A DNA stretch of 58,949 bases, the filler included, from Dugesia japonica (Eukaryota): the NCBI GenBank assembly GCA_001938525.1. It is 5 parts of 5 records of this genome, joined end to end, with 100 filler letters (N's around TTAATTAATTAA, not from the genome) between each part and the next. Parts side by side here need not be neighbours in the genome. Positions count along the whole stretch, not along the records: positions 19,208 to 28,260 come from MQRL01377189.1; positions 28,361 to 39,825 come from MQRL01647619.1; positions 39,926 to 58,949 come from MQRL01319692.1; 2 more parts are not named here. One strand, 5' to 3'. A program made the position numbers and the translations under genes. Position 1 is the first letter of the stretch; every line of letters starts with the position of its first letter. Below the pieces are notes generated by a model. That model was not told the origin of the DNA, did not search any database, and was given only the letters and a program-made list of their open reading frames with translations. Positions 26,746-40,199 of the stretch are shown here, in pieces.

Positions 26746-28221
26746 TTATTCTGTGGATTCATTGTAATGTATTCCGTACTCAAACAAGTTCTATAAACAA
26801 ATGTGTTATTAATTATAATTTTGAATGTAAATTAAAAATAATGTAGATTAGTTTCTACAAGGAATGAGAAGGTTAAATGGTTGTTATGGACAATTGTAAA
26901 TAAATGTATTATTAAATAGTGAATTCGTTAATAACAATAGATTACCTTCACACAATTCCGCTTAAATAGGTTTTCATCTTCTATCAATCGATGAATAACA
27001 TCTGGAGTGATGCTAATTAAAACAAAAATAAAGATGTATAACCAAGTGAAAGGCTGTTCAAATAGTTCAAACCATGCCCAATAAACATCGTAAGTGTCGA
27101 CTGACCAAATAAAGCCTTGGTACATTAGTAAAAGTAAAAGATTTCCAACTACAGTAACACTAAATCCAAAAAGTGTCGCCCAATTCCAATAGTAGGTCAC
27201 AAGACATAGTTTCAATGAAGTTGTAATCCAAACGATAATTAAAATAATTGTTCCGAAATAATAAAACTGAAGATTTCTTCCGTGATTAGTAACGATATCG
27301 TTTTGATAAATTATCAAAACCGGCCCAAAAATTGCTACTAATGAGTGCCATATGCCGAAGAAATTCCATTTTAAAAAAGATGACCAACTGAGATTTGCGT
27401 TTTGTTTTATTTTTTTGTATAGTTGTGGTTGTTCCATTAATACTTTCGGTGGTATATGCTTCTCCAGCAATCCGTAAATGAAAATCGGTAAAGAAGTCAA
27501 TGTAATGTTGTACAAAACTAGATATAAACTCTCGTACACAGTTTGTGCACTAAATCCAGAGAAAAATGTAAAATAAAATTGAGGACCTATAAAAGCAGTG
27601 TTCTTGTAAAAGAAATACTGGACTAAAGTTGCTATCCTGATGTAATAATAATGTCCGTGTACTAATAAAGCGTTACGCAAAAATTTAAATCTTGGTAACG
27701 CATAATCTCCAGCTCGAACAGCTTGTCGGCCTTCTTTTCCAAATAACCCTATTCCAATATGAGCTTCTAAAATCATGGACACATCGTTAGCCCCATCTCC
27801 GATTGCAGCGGTTACAGGTACAGGAACTTTTGATGATTTAATTAATGAAACCACTTCTGATTTCTGCAAAGGTGTCATTCGACAGCAAAGAACTGCCACA
27901 CACTCAAGGCATAGTAAACGTAATTTATCAATTAGGATTGGCTAAATTATAGTTAAGTAAATTTCTTAACAAATGAAATCTATGTCTCACCCGCAACGCA
28001 ATGCTAAGTGATTGTCCATCAACTATAAGTCCAAACTGTATATTCGGATCTTCTTGTTTATTAATGAGCATTCTTTCCAATTGACTTTCCAAAAAATTCA
28101 TGCAAGAAATAATTTCAGTTTGCTTTGTTACTCTTACCTCTTGTAATTTGGAATGAAAGTGCCCTGTTGAATGACTGATATTGACTGCAGTTTCTTCTTT
28201 ATCACCAGTCAAGATCCAGAC
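26746..28221 (-). CDS. ATP11: Phospholipid-transporting P4-ATPase (ATP11-like), 3' exons: 27991-28221, 26946-27941, candidate last exon 26746-26790
   Basis: VWILTGDKEETAVNI, LIVDGQSL, AVLCCRMTPLQKSEVV, AIGDGANDVSMI, GKEGRQA and YFFYKN, plus six C-terminal TM segments. A 49-nt GT-AG intron (27942-27990) restores the frame. The 5' part lies beyond the scaffold break. ATP11 subfamily is judged from motif recall. Confidence 0.92.
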
Positions 28222-28260
28222 CTAATAATATATATTTGCGATTAGCAACTTAACATTATG

Positions 28261-28360
28261 NNNNNNNNNNNNNNNNNNNNNNNNNNNNNNNNNNNNNNNN
28301 NNNNTTAATTAATTAANNNNNNNNNNNNNNNNNNNNNNNNNNNNNNNNNNNNNNNNNNNN
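28261..28360. other. Artificial scaffold-joining spacer
   Basis: 44 N + TTAATTAATTAA + 44 N. Confidence 0.95.
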
Positions 28361-28664
28361 TTTAGTTTTTATTTGCAAGACATGTTTCGGAGAAATCTAT
28401 GTCCATTATCAGTTACTGTTGTGAAATAATAAGGCAATTGTTTATATAACTGTTAAAATCTGTTATATACCAATAATACCTGTTACATTATAATAGAAAG
28501 GCAAAAATCAATGATTTTTCTGTTTTAAACAGCAGTTTTGGTAATTATTTTGAAAGAATTGAGTGCGAGGTTTTGATAATTAGGTCGCATGACTCAATTC
28601 TTAATATTCAGATTGACACATTCATTTTAAACTTTATTTTATTGGATTGATTAGAATTTCTTGA

Positions 28665-28785
28665 AATTTCAGCAGGGAAATATTGCAAACTTAGCAACAA
28701 TATCACTAAAAACACTTATGAAAATAATGTCTTAAATTAAAGGACATGCAGAAGATGGTTTTCCCGTTTCAAAAATTGTAATTTA
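28665..28785 (+). mobile_element. mariner N-terminal fragment related to the copy at 4030-5190
   Basis: TTAGCAACAATATCACTAAAAACACTTAT...TGCAGAAGATGGTT..CC.GTTTCAAAAAT is closely similar to 4099-4185. Confidence 0.7.
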
Positions 28786-28899
28786 TCGAGTTTTCTTCTC
28801 GCAGAGAAATTATGCTACTTCTCACCGAGACAAGACTTTAAAAAAATTAAACAAATTTTAAAGTCTAGTCTTATTATTCTAGTTTTTGTAATTATAGAA

Positions 28900-29300
28900 A
28901 ATGTAAATGATAAATTGAAAATTTTAAATATTGAGTGTTGTATTATTGAAGAAAGTGATATCATGATTTCGGAAAATTTAATGAATATTTTAAGGCCAGT
29001 TAAATTAGCTGAAGACCTTGGCAAGGAAGATGCAAATTTATTAACTAGTGAAGGAACTTTCCAGTTTCTATTCGAAACCATAAATGAAAATGTAAGTAGT
29101 CTGGCTAAAGTATTTCTTTCTGCATTAAAAAGTCGATTTAACGCAAGAACAAATAGTGTCATTTATATAATTTTTACGGAATCCACAAATATTAAATTCA
29201 AACATTTACTTTGAAGAGTTAAAATTGGTCTCTAAAAATGAAAATTTTTAAAACAAAAAAAGATATGGCCAAGAACTTTCAAAAGAATGTTAATTTTGAA
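28900..29300 (+). mobile_element. hAT-type transposase remnant
   Basis: ILRPVKLA..LGKEDANLLTSEG..F....LAKVFLSALKSRFNART resembles the helical insertion region of hAT transposases. Confidence 0.55.
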
Positions 29301-29373
29301 GAAGAAAAGTACAGCGAGGTAACACTAATTACAACAGGAATTAGTCAGTTCCGTTCTCAGATTATATAACACT

Positions 29374-30520
29374 AGTAGGTAGAGGTGGTGGTATCCACTG
29401 TCTTTTCCCCGACACAGAAAAAATTTTCAAAATTGGCTGCGTATACTTGATTGTCATTAGTTGAAATTTTTGTTTCTATAAGTCGCTACGTATCAACCAA
29501 TCAGAATACCGTCATNTTCAAAAGTGGTTGCGTATCAACTAATCAAAAATATGGGAAAATAAGTCATCATATTGAATTTTTGTGTGTAAGGTTTTGAATT
29601 TGACTTGTCTATAGATTTCATTAGAATATATTTTTGTTTTAATTTTTTTTGTTTTATTTTTTTTTGAATGTATTTTCTTTTTGTTTAACTGCTTTAAATT
29701 TTTATTTATTTTTTGTTTTATTTATTTTTTTGCTTTATTTTTATTTATTATATAAATATTCTTATTTATTTAACTTATTTTTACAGTTTTTTTACTTATT
29801 ATTATTTAAAAATGCTGTAAAACTATGTCAAAAACCTATAAGAGCCTTTTAAAACCCCTACAAATCATATAAAATCAAACAGTCACACATACTATCACAT
29901 TAAATCTTGTGAAACCCTATAAAAATATTATGAAACCATTTAAGAATCATTGTAACACCCATAAAACTCCCTAAACCCTATGTGACCATAGGAAAACCCT
30001 GTGATATATAAAATCCGACAAAGTAAAACGACTAAAAACCTTATAAAAAAAACTATAACAGTCATATAAAACTTTTGTTAAAACATATAGTAACCTTATA
30101 AACCCCTTATAGGACGTTATAAAACCCTAGAAAAAGACNNNNNNNNNNNNNNNNNNNNNNNNNNNNNNNNNNNNNNNNNNNNNNNNNNNNNNNNNNNNNN
30201 NNNNNNNNNNNNNNNNNNNNNNNNNNNNNNNNNNNNNNNNNNNNNNNNNNNNNNNNNNNNNNNNNNNNNNNNNNNNAACCTTATGAAACCATGTAAAACT
30301 CATAACATTCTATAAAACCACGTAAAACCCTATAACAGCATTATAAAACCATAAAAGACATCCTACAAAATATTATAAAACCTTTATAAAACACCATTAA
30401 AAACCATTATAACACCCAAAAGTCCTTCTAAAATCTTATAAAAACATAAGGCCATATAAAACACAGACTAAAATACTATAAAACCATCGAAACCCCTTAT
30501 ATCAACCAGTAAAATCCTTT
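29374..30520 (+). repeat. Candidate Polinton-like left terminus followed by CCAAT-box repeats and an ~11-bp minisatellite
   Basis: Begins AGTAGGTAGAGG. CGTATCAAC(C/T)AATCA units at ~29488 and 29531. Degenerate ATAAAACCC(T)A array at 29815-30520. Confidence 0.5.
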
Positions 30521-30534
30521 TAAAGCATCGCAAA

Positions 30535-30980
30535 TTTTGATTTCCTTTTCTTCTACGATTTTTCCTCAGTTATTAGTGTTCGATTATTCATCTCTTTATT
30601 TTCCTTTTCAATATTCATTACTTCAATCATATCATCAATTGCAAAATCATGTTTTGTCTCAAACAAATCAGCTATCTTTATTATTTAATTATCTTTAGTT
30701 TTTTCAACTAATGCATTCAAAACCTTATAACTATTTAAATAATAAGAAACCTTTGACATAATAACATGATAAAAAGTTGTTGATTGCTTGGATAGGTGTT
30801 CTCTCACAGGCATTGTTTATCATTAGTATTGCATCAGAAACATCAATACGATATTCCAAGTTTTGATCAATACATTCTTACAACTCCATAACCGAACTCT
30901 TTCGATAATTTACCTTAAAATTTTTAATTATTCCGACATCTATAGGTTGCACAATGATTGTAGTATTTGCAGGGTAAATT
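30535..30980 (-). mobile_element. pogo/Tigger DDE transposase C-terminal remnant
   Basis: PANTTIIVQPIDVGIIKNFKVNYRK matches the PPNTTSxxQPxDxGIIxxFKxxYR signature. Confidence 0.85.
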
Positions 30981-32282
30981 TTTTTATATTAGTTAGAATA
31001 TCGTTGAATATTATTAAATTTCTCAATTAACCTATAAAGAATATAAAACAATATCGCTAAATTATATGAAAATAAATAAATATATAGGCTAACATAAACC
31101 TAAATTTTAATGAAAAGAAAACTTTAAAATAAAATTTAATTGAAATATTTATGGTTAAATTTTTTGAAATTAATTATTTCTTTTATTTAAAAAATATTGC
31201 ATAACTCATTTTATTGTTTTGATATTATCAATTTAAATTCTTTTAAAATGATTAAATTAACAATTTTTTCATGTTTATTATTAGTAAAGCATATGTTTAC
31301 ATATAATATGAAAGAAGGTTAATCAAAATATTTATAATTTTATGAAAATTCTACATATAAAATTTTACTTAGGTTTCAATAGCAGATAAGTTTAGTTGTG
31401 AACATTAATTTTATTATATAAAATAAAATGAAGTCGTAATTGATAAATATTGATTCTTAGTTAAACTGGTTTCAAAATCAGGTTGGAAATCACGATTAGA
31501 TATTGTTAATTTTAAGATGTGTGGCAACATAAACACTTGTACATTGTTAAAGGGTTGCGTGTATGCATAAAATATAAACAAAATTAAATTTCTCATGAAT
31601 TATAAATACTGCAAGAAATTAGAATAGTTTTGGATTATTACAACTAACATAAGATAGATAAATCAAATAAAAATTCCTGGGAGCATTTAATTTTGTAATA
31701 TACATTTTACAATAGTTACAATGAGAATAACTAATTGATTAGGATTTATAATAAAAAGTTTGATTTTATAGGGATAATTAATAAGTATTTAAGATTTGGA
31801 ATGTAAAATGTCAAAATAAAAAAAACATTAAAAAGTATATCCATTTAATTTCTGTGCTAATGAAATATTTATTTTATAATTGTTTATAATTTTAATTTCG
31901 TGTAGCAATTATTTTGTAAATTTTAATTTGATATCTTTTGAGTTGTTTTGATGGTTATGAAGATTCATTTATTGATAATTCAATTTAATAAAAACAAGTT
32001 TTACAATGTTTGTGTGAATTATAATCAAATACAGTAAAACGGTTTTAAAAATTGTATTAAACAAATAAATATTATCAGATCGTTTTTTTCTTTTTTAATT
32101 CAATTTCTTTAATATAGTCTGTAATATATTATATTATGTAAATTAGTAATATAGTAAAATTAATTAATATATTACATTGCTGATTCGCATTACAATGTAT
32201 GTTTCTTTTTCATTTTTAATAAGAAACAAAATTAAACAATATTTCACATTTTACCGTTTTGATTAAAAAGCTATTAATTCAG

Positions 32283-32371
32283 AAAGGATTAGTTCGTAGC
32301 TCATCAATATTCAATAGCATCGATAATGAAATACAATTGGTTGATGTTTCAGGTCATATAGAAAATACAAG
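32283..32371 (+). CDS. Candidate isolated exon of unknown gene
   Basis: TTCAG acceptor, open frame KGLVRSSSIFNSIDNEIQLVDVSGHIENT and AAG|GT donor; does not resemble UBE2H. Confidence 0.25.
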
Positions 32372-35300
32372 GTAGTTGTAATAAAACTTAAAAATGAAAA
32401 TATAATGAAAAGGAAAATTACTGACACGTAAACATTAGTAATATGTAGTGTCTCTAAGTAATGAGTGAATACAATATAATTTTATATTATGTTATTTTTA
32501 TTAATTATGGAAACAGGTTAAAGCCAATCAACTTTTCGATTTTGTGTAATTGATTAAAATTTAAATAAGACAGTATATACAAGTTAAACTAAATGAAATA
32601 AAGTTAATTTATTCTCAAGATTTTGAATAGATTTTCTAAGAAAAAGCAGCAAAAAATTCCTTGAAATTAGATTTTTATTTCACTAAAAAATTTCAAGGAT
32701 GTATTATTAATAAGAAAGTAATTTCCGTTTCATTAAAATTTTAAAGATTTTTTTATATGATAATTTATATTTTTCATATTTCAAATTATGGAATCTAAGA
32801 CTTGAAATGATTTTTAATGGCCCAATAAAAATAGCAAAATAGATCTCAATCAAAAGAAACTATCATGATGTTGTACATGTTTAAATTCTATTGTAGTAAT
32901 TTGTTTGATGTGTGAAGAATCTTTGAACTGAAAACAATTAGAATTACTTGAAAATTTACCTGAAAGTTCATAAAGGTATAGAATATCTTCGTTTTAGCAA
33001 ATATTGATTTTTTGGCAAAATAAATTTTACCATCGTTTGAAAAAAGGGAAAATAGAATTGCAAATCGTTGCTTTTTGCATTGAAATATAAATATTGAGAG
33101 TTAGAACAACTGTTAAAATTTAAAATACAAAAGTAAGTAAAACAATCGTTTATATTTGGATTTAAAAATTGAAATATATTTTTAAAAATTTAAATTTGTA
33201 TTAGTTGTATAAAATAAACCATTGTTTTGTTATAATGTGTACTACACTATTTCTTTTAATTTAATTTTCATTAAACCCTAAAAACTTTTAGTGTTTTTTG
33301 CATTTAATATTTTATTTTTTTGAAAATATAATTAGCCATATTAGCGTTGGAATAAATGATTTTGCATAAAATTATTTGTTTGAATGTTCAGAAAAATATT
33401 TCAGTGAATACTAAGCAAATTTAATGTTATTGCTATTTTTATAAATTATGATAGTCAATCACAATTCTTAGAGGATACTAAAATTACCAGCGAAAATTTG
33501 AAACTAGTAAAAATTTGAATAGTTATTTCTTTAATTTATATTGATAATAAATCCATTTGTAGTTTGCTTATTGTAAAAATATACGACTGGTAATAAAAAA
33601 TATTGTATAACTCATTTTATTGTTTCGGTTTAACTGAGATAATATTTATTTTCATTTTAAAATTTGAATTAGATTTTAAATTGTCTTTAAAAGATATCTG
33701 GCTTAATGAAGGAACACATAATTATTTCACGAAATGCTGAAATGATTTTTTTATAAGAATCCTGGAGTAAATGGTTATGTTATATGGCATAGAATTTTGT
33801 GTTAATTTTAATATTTTGAAACGTATCTCGTAATTTTATACGAATATACTATAATATTCATATTTTTACTCACACTGTCGGAAAATATGGTATACATTTT
33901 AAAATGTATGCACAAGAACTTGTTATCTCATAATATACATCAACTGATAATGAACACAAAATGAAGTTTTTAAGTGTATCTTGTGTTTAAGTTGTCTTGT
34001 TAAAAGTGATCACAAAGATGATCACATTTCAAATAAAGCTTCGCCTATACGGCTGATTTACTCATTATATAAGTTCAAAATGCCTATAATGAAATAAACT
34101 GTCAAACAATTGACTTCTTGACGATTCAAGCTCGTATTTAATAAATTATGCTAATGTAGAAGGTAATTTTCATAACCTTTCACAGCAAGTAAGCCAAACT
34201 TCGTTGTGAATGACAATTATCGGCAATGCGCTCCCAAGAAGCTCTGGAAAAAATTAAGTTCCAATTTACATATTTTTTATATCATTAAATAATTATATTT
34301 ACCTATGTTTATAAATTTATACGATATTTTAAATTAGGAATCAATTTTAGAATTTTCCTGGCATTAATTATTGGTTGAACTATTATGTATTGTATTTAGT
34401 TGATAACTAAGTAATTGCGAGTTTTTTAAATAATACAAAAGACAACATTTATTAAGTAATTTATCTATGATTTGTTGTTCTTTCAAATTGCATCATAATT
34501 TCCACTTTCATAAAACTTTTTGTTTGTATTATCAAAAAACTAAACAAGTTGCGTTTTGACCTCTTCATTGTTTTTGAATTCTGATATCATTTTAAAAATT
34601 TTGTAATTAACGAAATAAATAGTGATCTGTCTGGTATATATGGTGGATTTAGCAATACATGTATGTTGCAAAGCAATGGTCTACACAAATTTTCAAATTT
34701 GTTTAATGGAAGGTTGTCTCGATACGAATTCTTGTAAATATAAGTTCAACATTTGCCTTCTGCATCCACACATTTTCTTTTTATCAGCATTACGCTTGTT
34801 CCGATTTGACTCGATATCGAAGTCAAAATTTGACTTTGATATGGACTGCAGTCAGAGATTCGACAAAGTTTGCCGAATGATTAACAATTCTAAGAACGAA
34901 ATCAAGTCTTTGTGTGTTTTTGTAAGATCTCCTTTTATCGCTATAAATAAAAGTGCCTGCATAATACATAATGAATCTTTACATTCTAAAAATTCTGTGT
35001 AGTCAACTGCTGGACTTACATAAAGGTCCGCTAAACTCAAATTCCACAATATAGAAAAGCAAGATTCATCTGCACTTACTACAAAACTCTGGACCTCCTA
35101 AAGATAGATTTTTTTGTTCTGAAAATTTATTTAAATATATGAAAACCATGATCAAACATTTAAATTAAATCAATTATGTATGAAACTTAATTATCTAAAA
35201 TGTGTAATTTCTACCTTTATGTGTTATCGAAGGGGAGGGTTAATCTAAAATTTATACAAGATTAAATATGAACAAATATATTTAAAATGTTTGCCATTTA

Positions 35301-37539
35301 TTTGTGATAAAGATATAAATATAATCAAGTATAAAATTATTTTTGTATAGCTTATTTTATTTTACAATGGTTTAATAGTAATAAAGTAGTAAATATAATA
35401 AAAAATTCAGGTTATTAAGGGTTAATTTAATGTTCAATGGAGTTAGAGAATAGGAAATGTCTGCTAATTAAAAAAATGATGAGTTGATAAAATGTATTCG
35501 TTTTTTCCCAAAAAATATTTCCTATATCTCTCAATTATATTCTGCTTAACAAAACTATTATTTGTAGAGTTAATTGAATTTATACTTTTGGCAATTTCGC
35601 CTTTGGAATAATTTTTGAAGTTTGTATGATTGGTTTCATATAATACAAATTTAATTTTCATTCTATTATTTTTCTGTTTTTTTTCGTTGATCAGATATAT
35701 TTGAATGCGTTACAAATGAAATTTCAATTATCGTATAAAAATATTTGATTAAACTTTATTAAAAAAAACGTTATTAAGCAGGAATCTTTTAAAAATGTTC
35801 TAATTGAAAAAGATATTATTGTTTGTTTTATTTTAAAAAATTATAGTTGGGTCATTATTATATTTATATATAATTTATTATAATAGTTGAGAATACGAAA
35901 CTTACTTTGAACTAAAGGTTTTGCTTAATATTTCCATTATCCAAATAATAACAATTTATAAAAAATATTAATGTATTACTGACAGAAATGCGTTATATTT
36001 ATTAACGGTCATTTATTATTTAAAATCATCAATTTAATAAAAAAACGAATTTATCTAATTTCAAATATTAATCTTCAAATTCTCAACGACTTTGAAGAAA
36101 GGAAACATCAAATAATCAAAGAGCTTTTTAGCTAATTATGACTATAACTAATAATGATATTAAAAATAATAATGAATAAAGTGTGTTGTTCACAATGAAA
36201 AAATTCTGGACTAGACAGGAGTATGTTTCAATCAAAGAAATTTCATTTAATAGATAATCCTGTACATTAATAAAATCTAACTAATCAAAGTTTTGTTTTT
36301 AATAGGACAGTTGTTATGAATGATAACTATAGTATTAAATTACAAACAAATAGAAGATTGCATTACGACTTTGTCGGGTCATAGTTGTTAACGCGTGTGA
36401 TTTATTACATGTTTTAACTGTTACGTAAGTCGCTAAGTCCAAATCCATTATTTATATACGAAAAGTTGATTTTAGACACCATCGTATAAAACAATATCCT
36501 TCGGGTATGTTTTTATACCAATTATAATGAAAAACTCATTTTTATTATTATACTAAAGCATTCATATAACTTATAAGAGCTTGATTTAATGTGTATTACA
36601 TGCGACATAATTTTATATATTAATATATGGTAGCAAAATGTTACATTTTTCAAATGGAATTTTTTAAACATGGCTTCATCGTTAGAAATAACTATTTTAT
36701 GAAAATAAAAATATATTTTTCACATAAAATAGAAATATTAAATAAGTTAGGTGAATTCATTAGGTGAATTACTAAAAATCACGTAATTAGTGAAATTCTT
36801 AGNTCTAAATTAAAAGCAATTTTTAAAATTTAAATTCAACCTTTTAATTTCGAATCTTAATACAAAATTTTCTGCAATCAAAAAACAAATTTTATCAAGA
36901 ATTGTTATTGAATTTTCCCATGTAAATCTCTGAAGAAGAGACAAATTAATTAGATTTTCAAAATTGAATAAAGTACACTTTTTGAATTAAATTCGTGTTA
37001 TCAATTAACTTTTCATATCAACTTAAAAGGGCTTTATTTTGATTTATTAGAATGTCTTAATTCAGTCTTTTAAACATAGTGTATAAAGTACATCTGAATT
37101 TCACAGTACACATTTAAATATATTAAGAAAATATGATTATTTTCGATTCTGAATATAAATGGAAAAAACGTTTTATTTATATTATATTTAAAAATTAGTT
37201 TATTAAGAATATTTCAAGATAATTTTCTATTAGCTTTCTATTTAGAAGTTTGATTATGAGCTATAATTTTTTTGATTATGTATATAATTTTTAATTGTTC
37301 GAAAACAAGCATTTGCACAGTATTATGCTTTCGGTATTATCATTACCTAATTATCTTCAGTCATTATGATTTCATTTCTTTTATTATTTCATGTTTGTTC
37401 AATTAGATAACACAAAAATAATCAAATTTCATATTACACTTATTAATCAGTGATTTATAAGAACAATTTGCGTTTAAATAACTTTTCAAATTATTTGCTA
37501 TATTATGAGTTTACTGTCTACATTTTCTTTTTGTAATAG

Positions 37540-37842
37540 ATCTTACAAATATTTTTGATCAGTTTTTACCACAACTTTTGTCATACCCTAATCCGACTGA
37601 TCCATTAAATGGTGAAGCTGCCTCTTTATTCATGTCAAAGCAAAGTGATTATATTGAAAAAGTCAAAGGTACATTTCGCTCATATTCGTGTAGCGTTAAT
37701 AATTGTTTGTATTTAAGAATATGTTAGAAGATATGCCACCGAAGAAGTTCTGAATGGTAATATGGTTGAGGATAACGATTCAGAAAATGAAAGCAGTATG
37801 TCTGAATTCAGTGAAGATGAAGCTCTAGGCATGGAGTTGTGA
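37540..37842 (+). CDS. UBE2H: Ubiquitin-conjugating enzyme E2 H (Ubc8), last two exons 37540-37668 and 37718-37842
   Basis: [28 protein letters not shown]...[10 protein letters not shown]...[17 protein letters not shown] closely matches the UBE2H C-terminus; 49-nt GT-AG intron at 37669-37717. Confidence 0.93.
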
Positions 37843-38184
37843 TTGTATATTTAATTATTGCAATCATGGTAAAACATTTAAATCAGGTCAAAATAAATTC
37901 TCTTTATCCTTAGTCGGTATTTATTACCAACAATGTCCTATTGTAATAAACAGATAACATAATTTCTTTAAATGTCTATCTTAGTACTTTTATTAGTTAA
38001 GATACAGAATTCTATCTTTTGTGACTGTTGTTATTGTACGCTGCTAATGAATGTGTTGATATCGATTTCTATAAATATCCATTTATATTGAAACACAATT
38101 TTGTGTGGTGCCTTTCAGTCTATTGTCATTATGTTCAGGAAGAAATTAATTTTTAAGATGTACTTGATGATGCTGATGATTTTA

Positions 38185-38485
38185 TTCTTATTATTATTAT
38201 TATTATTATTATTAATATTATTAATATTGATTATTAATATTGATTATTAATATCGATTACTATTATTGATAATTATTATTGATTATTATTGATTATTAGT
38301 ATTGATTATTAGTATTGATTATTATTATTGATTATTATTATTATTGATATTTTTATTATCAATATTATTATTATCTATTATTATTATTATTATTATTGAT
38401 TATTATTTTTATTATCAATATTATTATTATCTATTATTATTGATTACATTATTATTATTTATTATTATTATTTATTATTATTGAA
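38185..38485. repeat. (ATT)n-based degenerate microsatellite
   Basis: Direct inspection. Confidence 0.95.
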
Positions 38486-39825
38486 AATGTGTAATTTTAT
38501 TGATTTTATTTGGAGCTGATATTGTTATTAATGAGTATTGTGTGAAACTTCAACTATTATGCTTATTGAAGTTATTATTTATAATTATTATTATATTATT
38601 ATTATCGTCATCATCATCATCAGGGTAATAAAATTATATTTTATGATAAAAATAAAGTTCTTTGTTAATATTAAATTTTGATTTTAAGAAATATTTTTTG
38701 TGATTTATGATTTATTTTGATGTTATAAGTTTGGCGTGGAACATGTATATACGACTGGGATGTGTTTTGTGTGAATGGCATGTGGTTTATTGTCAACGTA
38801 TTTTAGCGTATATGTTATTTAACATACGCATTGTATTGGGCGTAAATACATTGTATTTTAGTCGATTTCACTAAGTGTATTGTGATGTCGTTTTAATCTT
38901 TCAGTTGATATTATTTGTTTTTTTATAAGTGAGTGATATAAGACAATAAAACTAATTCAACCGAGATGAAAAAGTATTTTATAATTATCGATTCGGGTAG
39001 ATTTATTTTTAATGTTATGAATGCAGAAAATTTTTGTCAATTAAAATAAATAGCAACCAGAAATTGGTTGCTTAAATTGTAAATAAAGTATTTGAAATTG
39101 AATCATTCATTTTAATAATAGTGACGTCATGTGGCCGATTTATAAATGCAAACAAGTTAGTTTGTAATTAAACGATTAATAAGAAATGTTAGTAATATTT
39201 TGTAGGCGTTGACTTAAAATGGCAAACTTATTGTTATGAAAATTGGTTCTTTAAGTACTACTCAATTTCTATGACAACGTAGATCTTAATACAGCCGATA
39301 GTATTGTGAAACTTATTTGCTGTCAATTGCATATCTGAATGTAATTGTTTATTTGTAGTTAAACGAAGATTATTAACAATATTGATCTAACACAAATTTG
39401 GTTAAAACTTGTTTATAAGTTATTTATAATAAATTATAAAAACCCAATATTTTTCATAATTTACAAAACCTTATAGCATATAATTTTACTAACAAAAACC
39501 TGAGACATTTAATACACTTTCGATACAAGTTTCGATCTCAAAAGCTAATAATTTTTACTAAATCTCTTAAAGTTGAATTATAAAGTGAAATACTTGGATG
39601 ATTGTTTGTAGGTTGAAAGTAGCTCATTGGAATATCTTCCCTGGTGAGAAATTTTTTTTAAAAATTTCTTATATCCACCAATAAGATAACAGGAGAAATC
39701 ATTTTACACAAGTTTTAGTATTGACTAATCAAATTGCAGGAAAATTCTCGCGGGCAATACGAATAATAAAGTTTAAATTTTCGTGAATTATTTAAAGAAT
39801 TTTTCTTTTTAAATCTTTAAAAATT

Positions 39826-39925
39826 NNNNNNNNNNNNNNNNNNNNNNNNNNNNNNNNNNNNNNNNNNNNTTAATTAATTAANNNNNNNNNNNNNNNNNNN
39901 NNNNNNNNNNNNNNNNNNNNNNNNN
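39826..39925. other. Artificial scaffold-joining spacer
   Basis: 44 N + TTAATTAATTAA + 44 N. Confidence 0.95.
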
Positions 39926-40016
39926 GACCTTGACCTACATTGGTTGCCATGGCAACGGGGGGACCCCCCGTCGACCTACTTTGTTCTGGTGTCCTCCTAC
40001 CTATCTACTCTCTACA
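39926..40016 (-). mobile_element. GC-rich element terminus (Polinton-like TIR end, or start of a 3' LTR)
   Basis: Minus strand reads TGT-AGAGAGTAGATAGGTAGG... It contains a GGGGGGACCCCCC hairpin, the perfect palindrome GTTGCCATGGCAAC (RFX X-box consensus) and AGGTCAAGGTC. Confidence 0.5.
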
Positions 40017-40199
40017 ATTATTGTTTTAATTTGATTTTCTTTATTTCGCCGAATGAATTGATCACTTGATTATTGCTTGTCATTTTTTTTGTCTTCTCTG
40101 TCTTTTCTTTTCTTTCTTTTGTTAAGTTATAACTTTTTATTTCAAGGTTTCCTTAGTCATGGTACATATTTTAGTTTCCTTACCTTGTTTTTTCTTCAC

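Noticed and set aside
27928-27990. C-terminal extension VRHRFHLL... of ORF 27928-28212
   Set aside because: It is read-through into the 49-nt intron of the P4-ATPase.
33693-33740. DIWLNEG resembling the M1 aminopeptidase WLNEG motif
   Set aside because: Frame closes after 15 codons, no HEXXH exon nearby; likely chance.
26746-37842. ATP11-UBE2H divergent gene pair / synteny
   Set aside because: Separated by an artificial scaffold join at 28261-28360.
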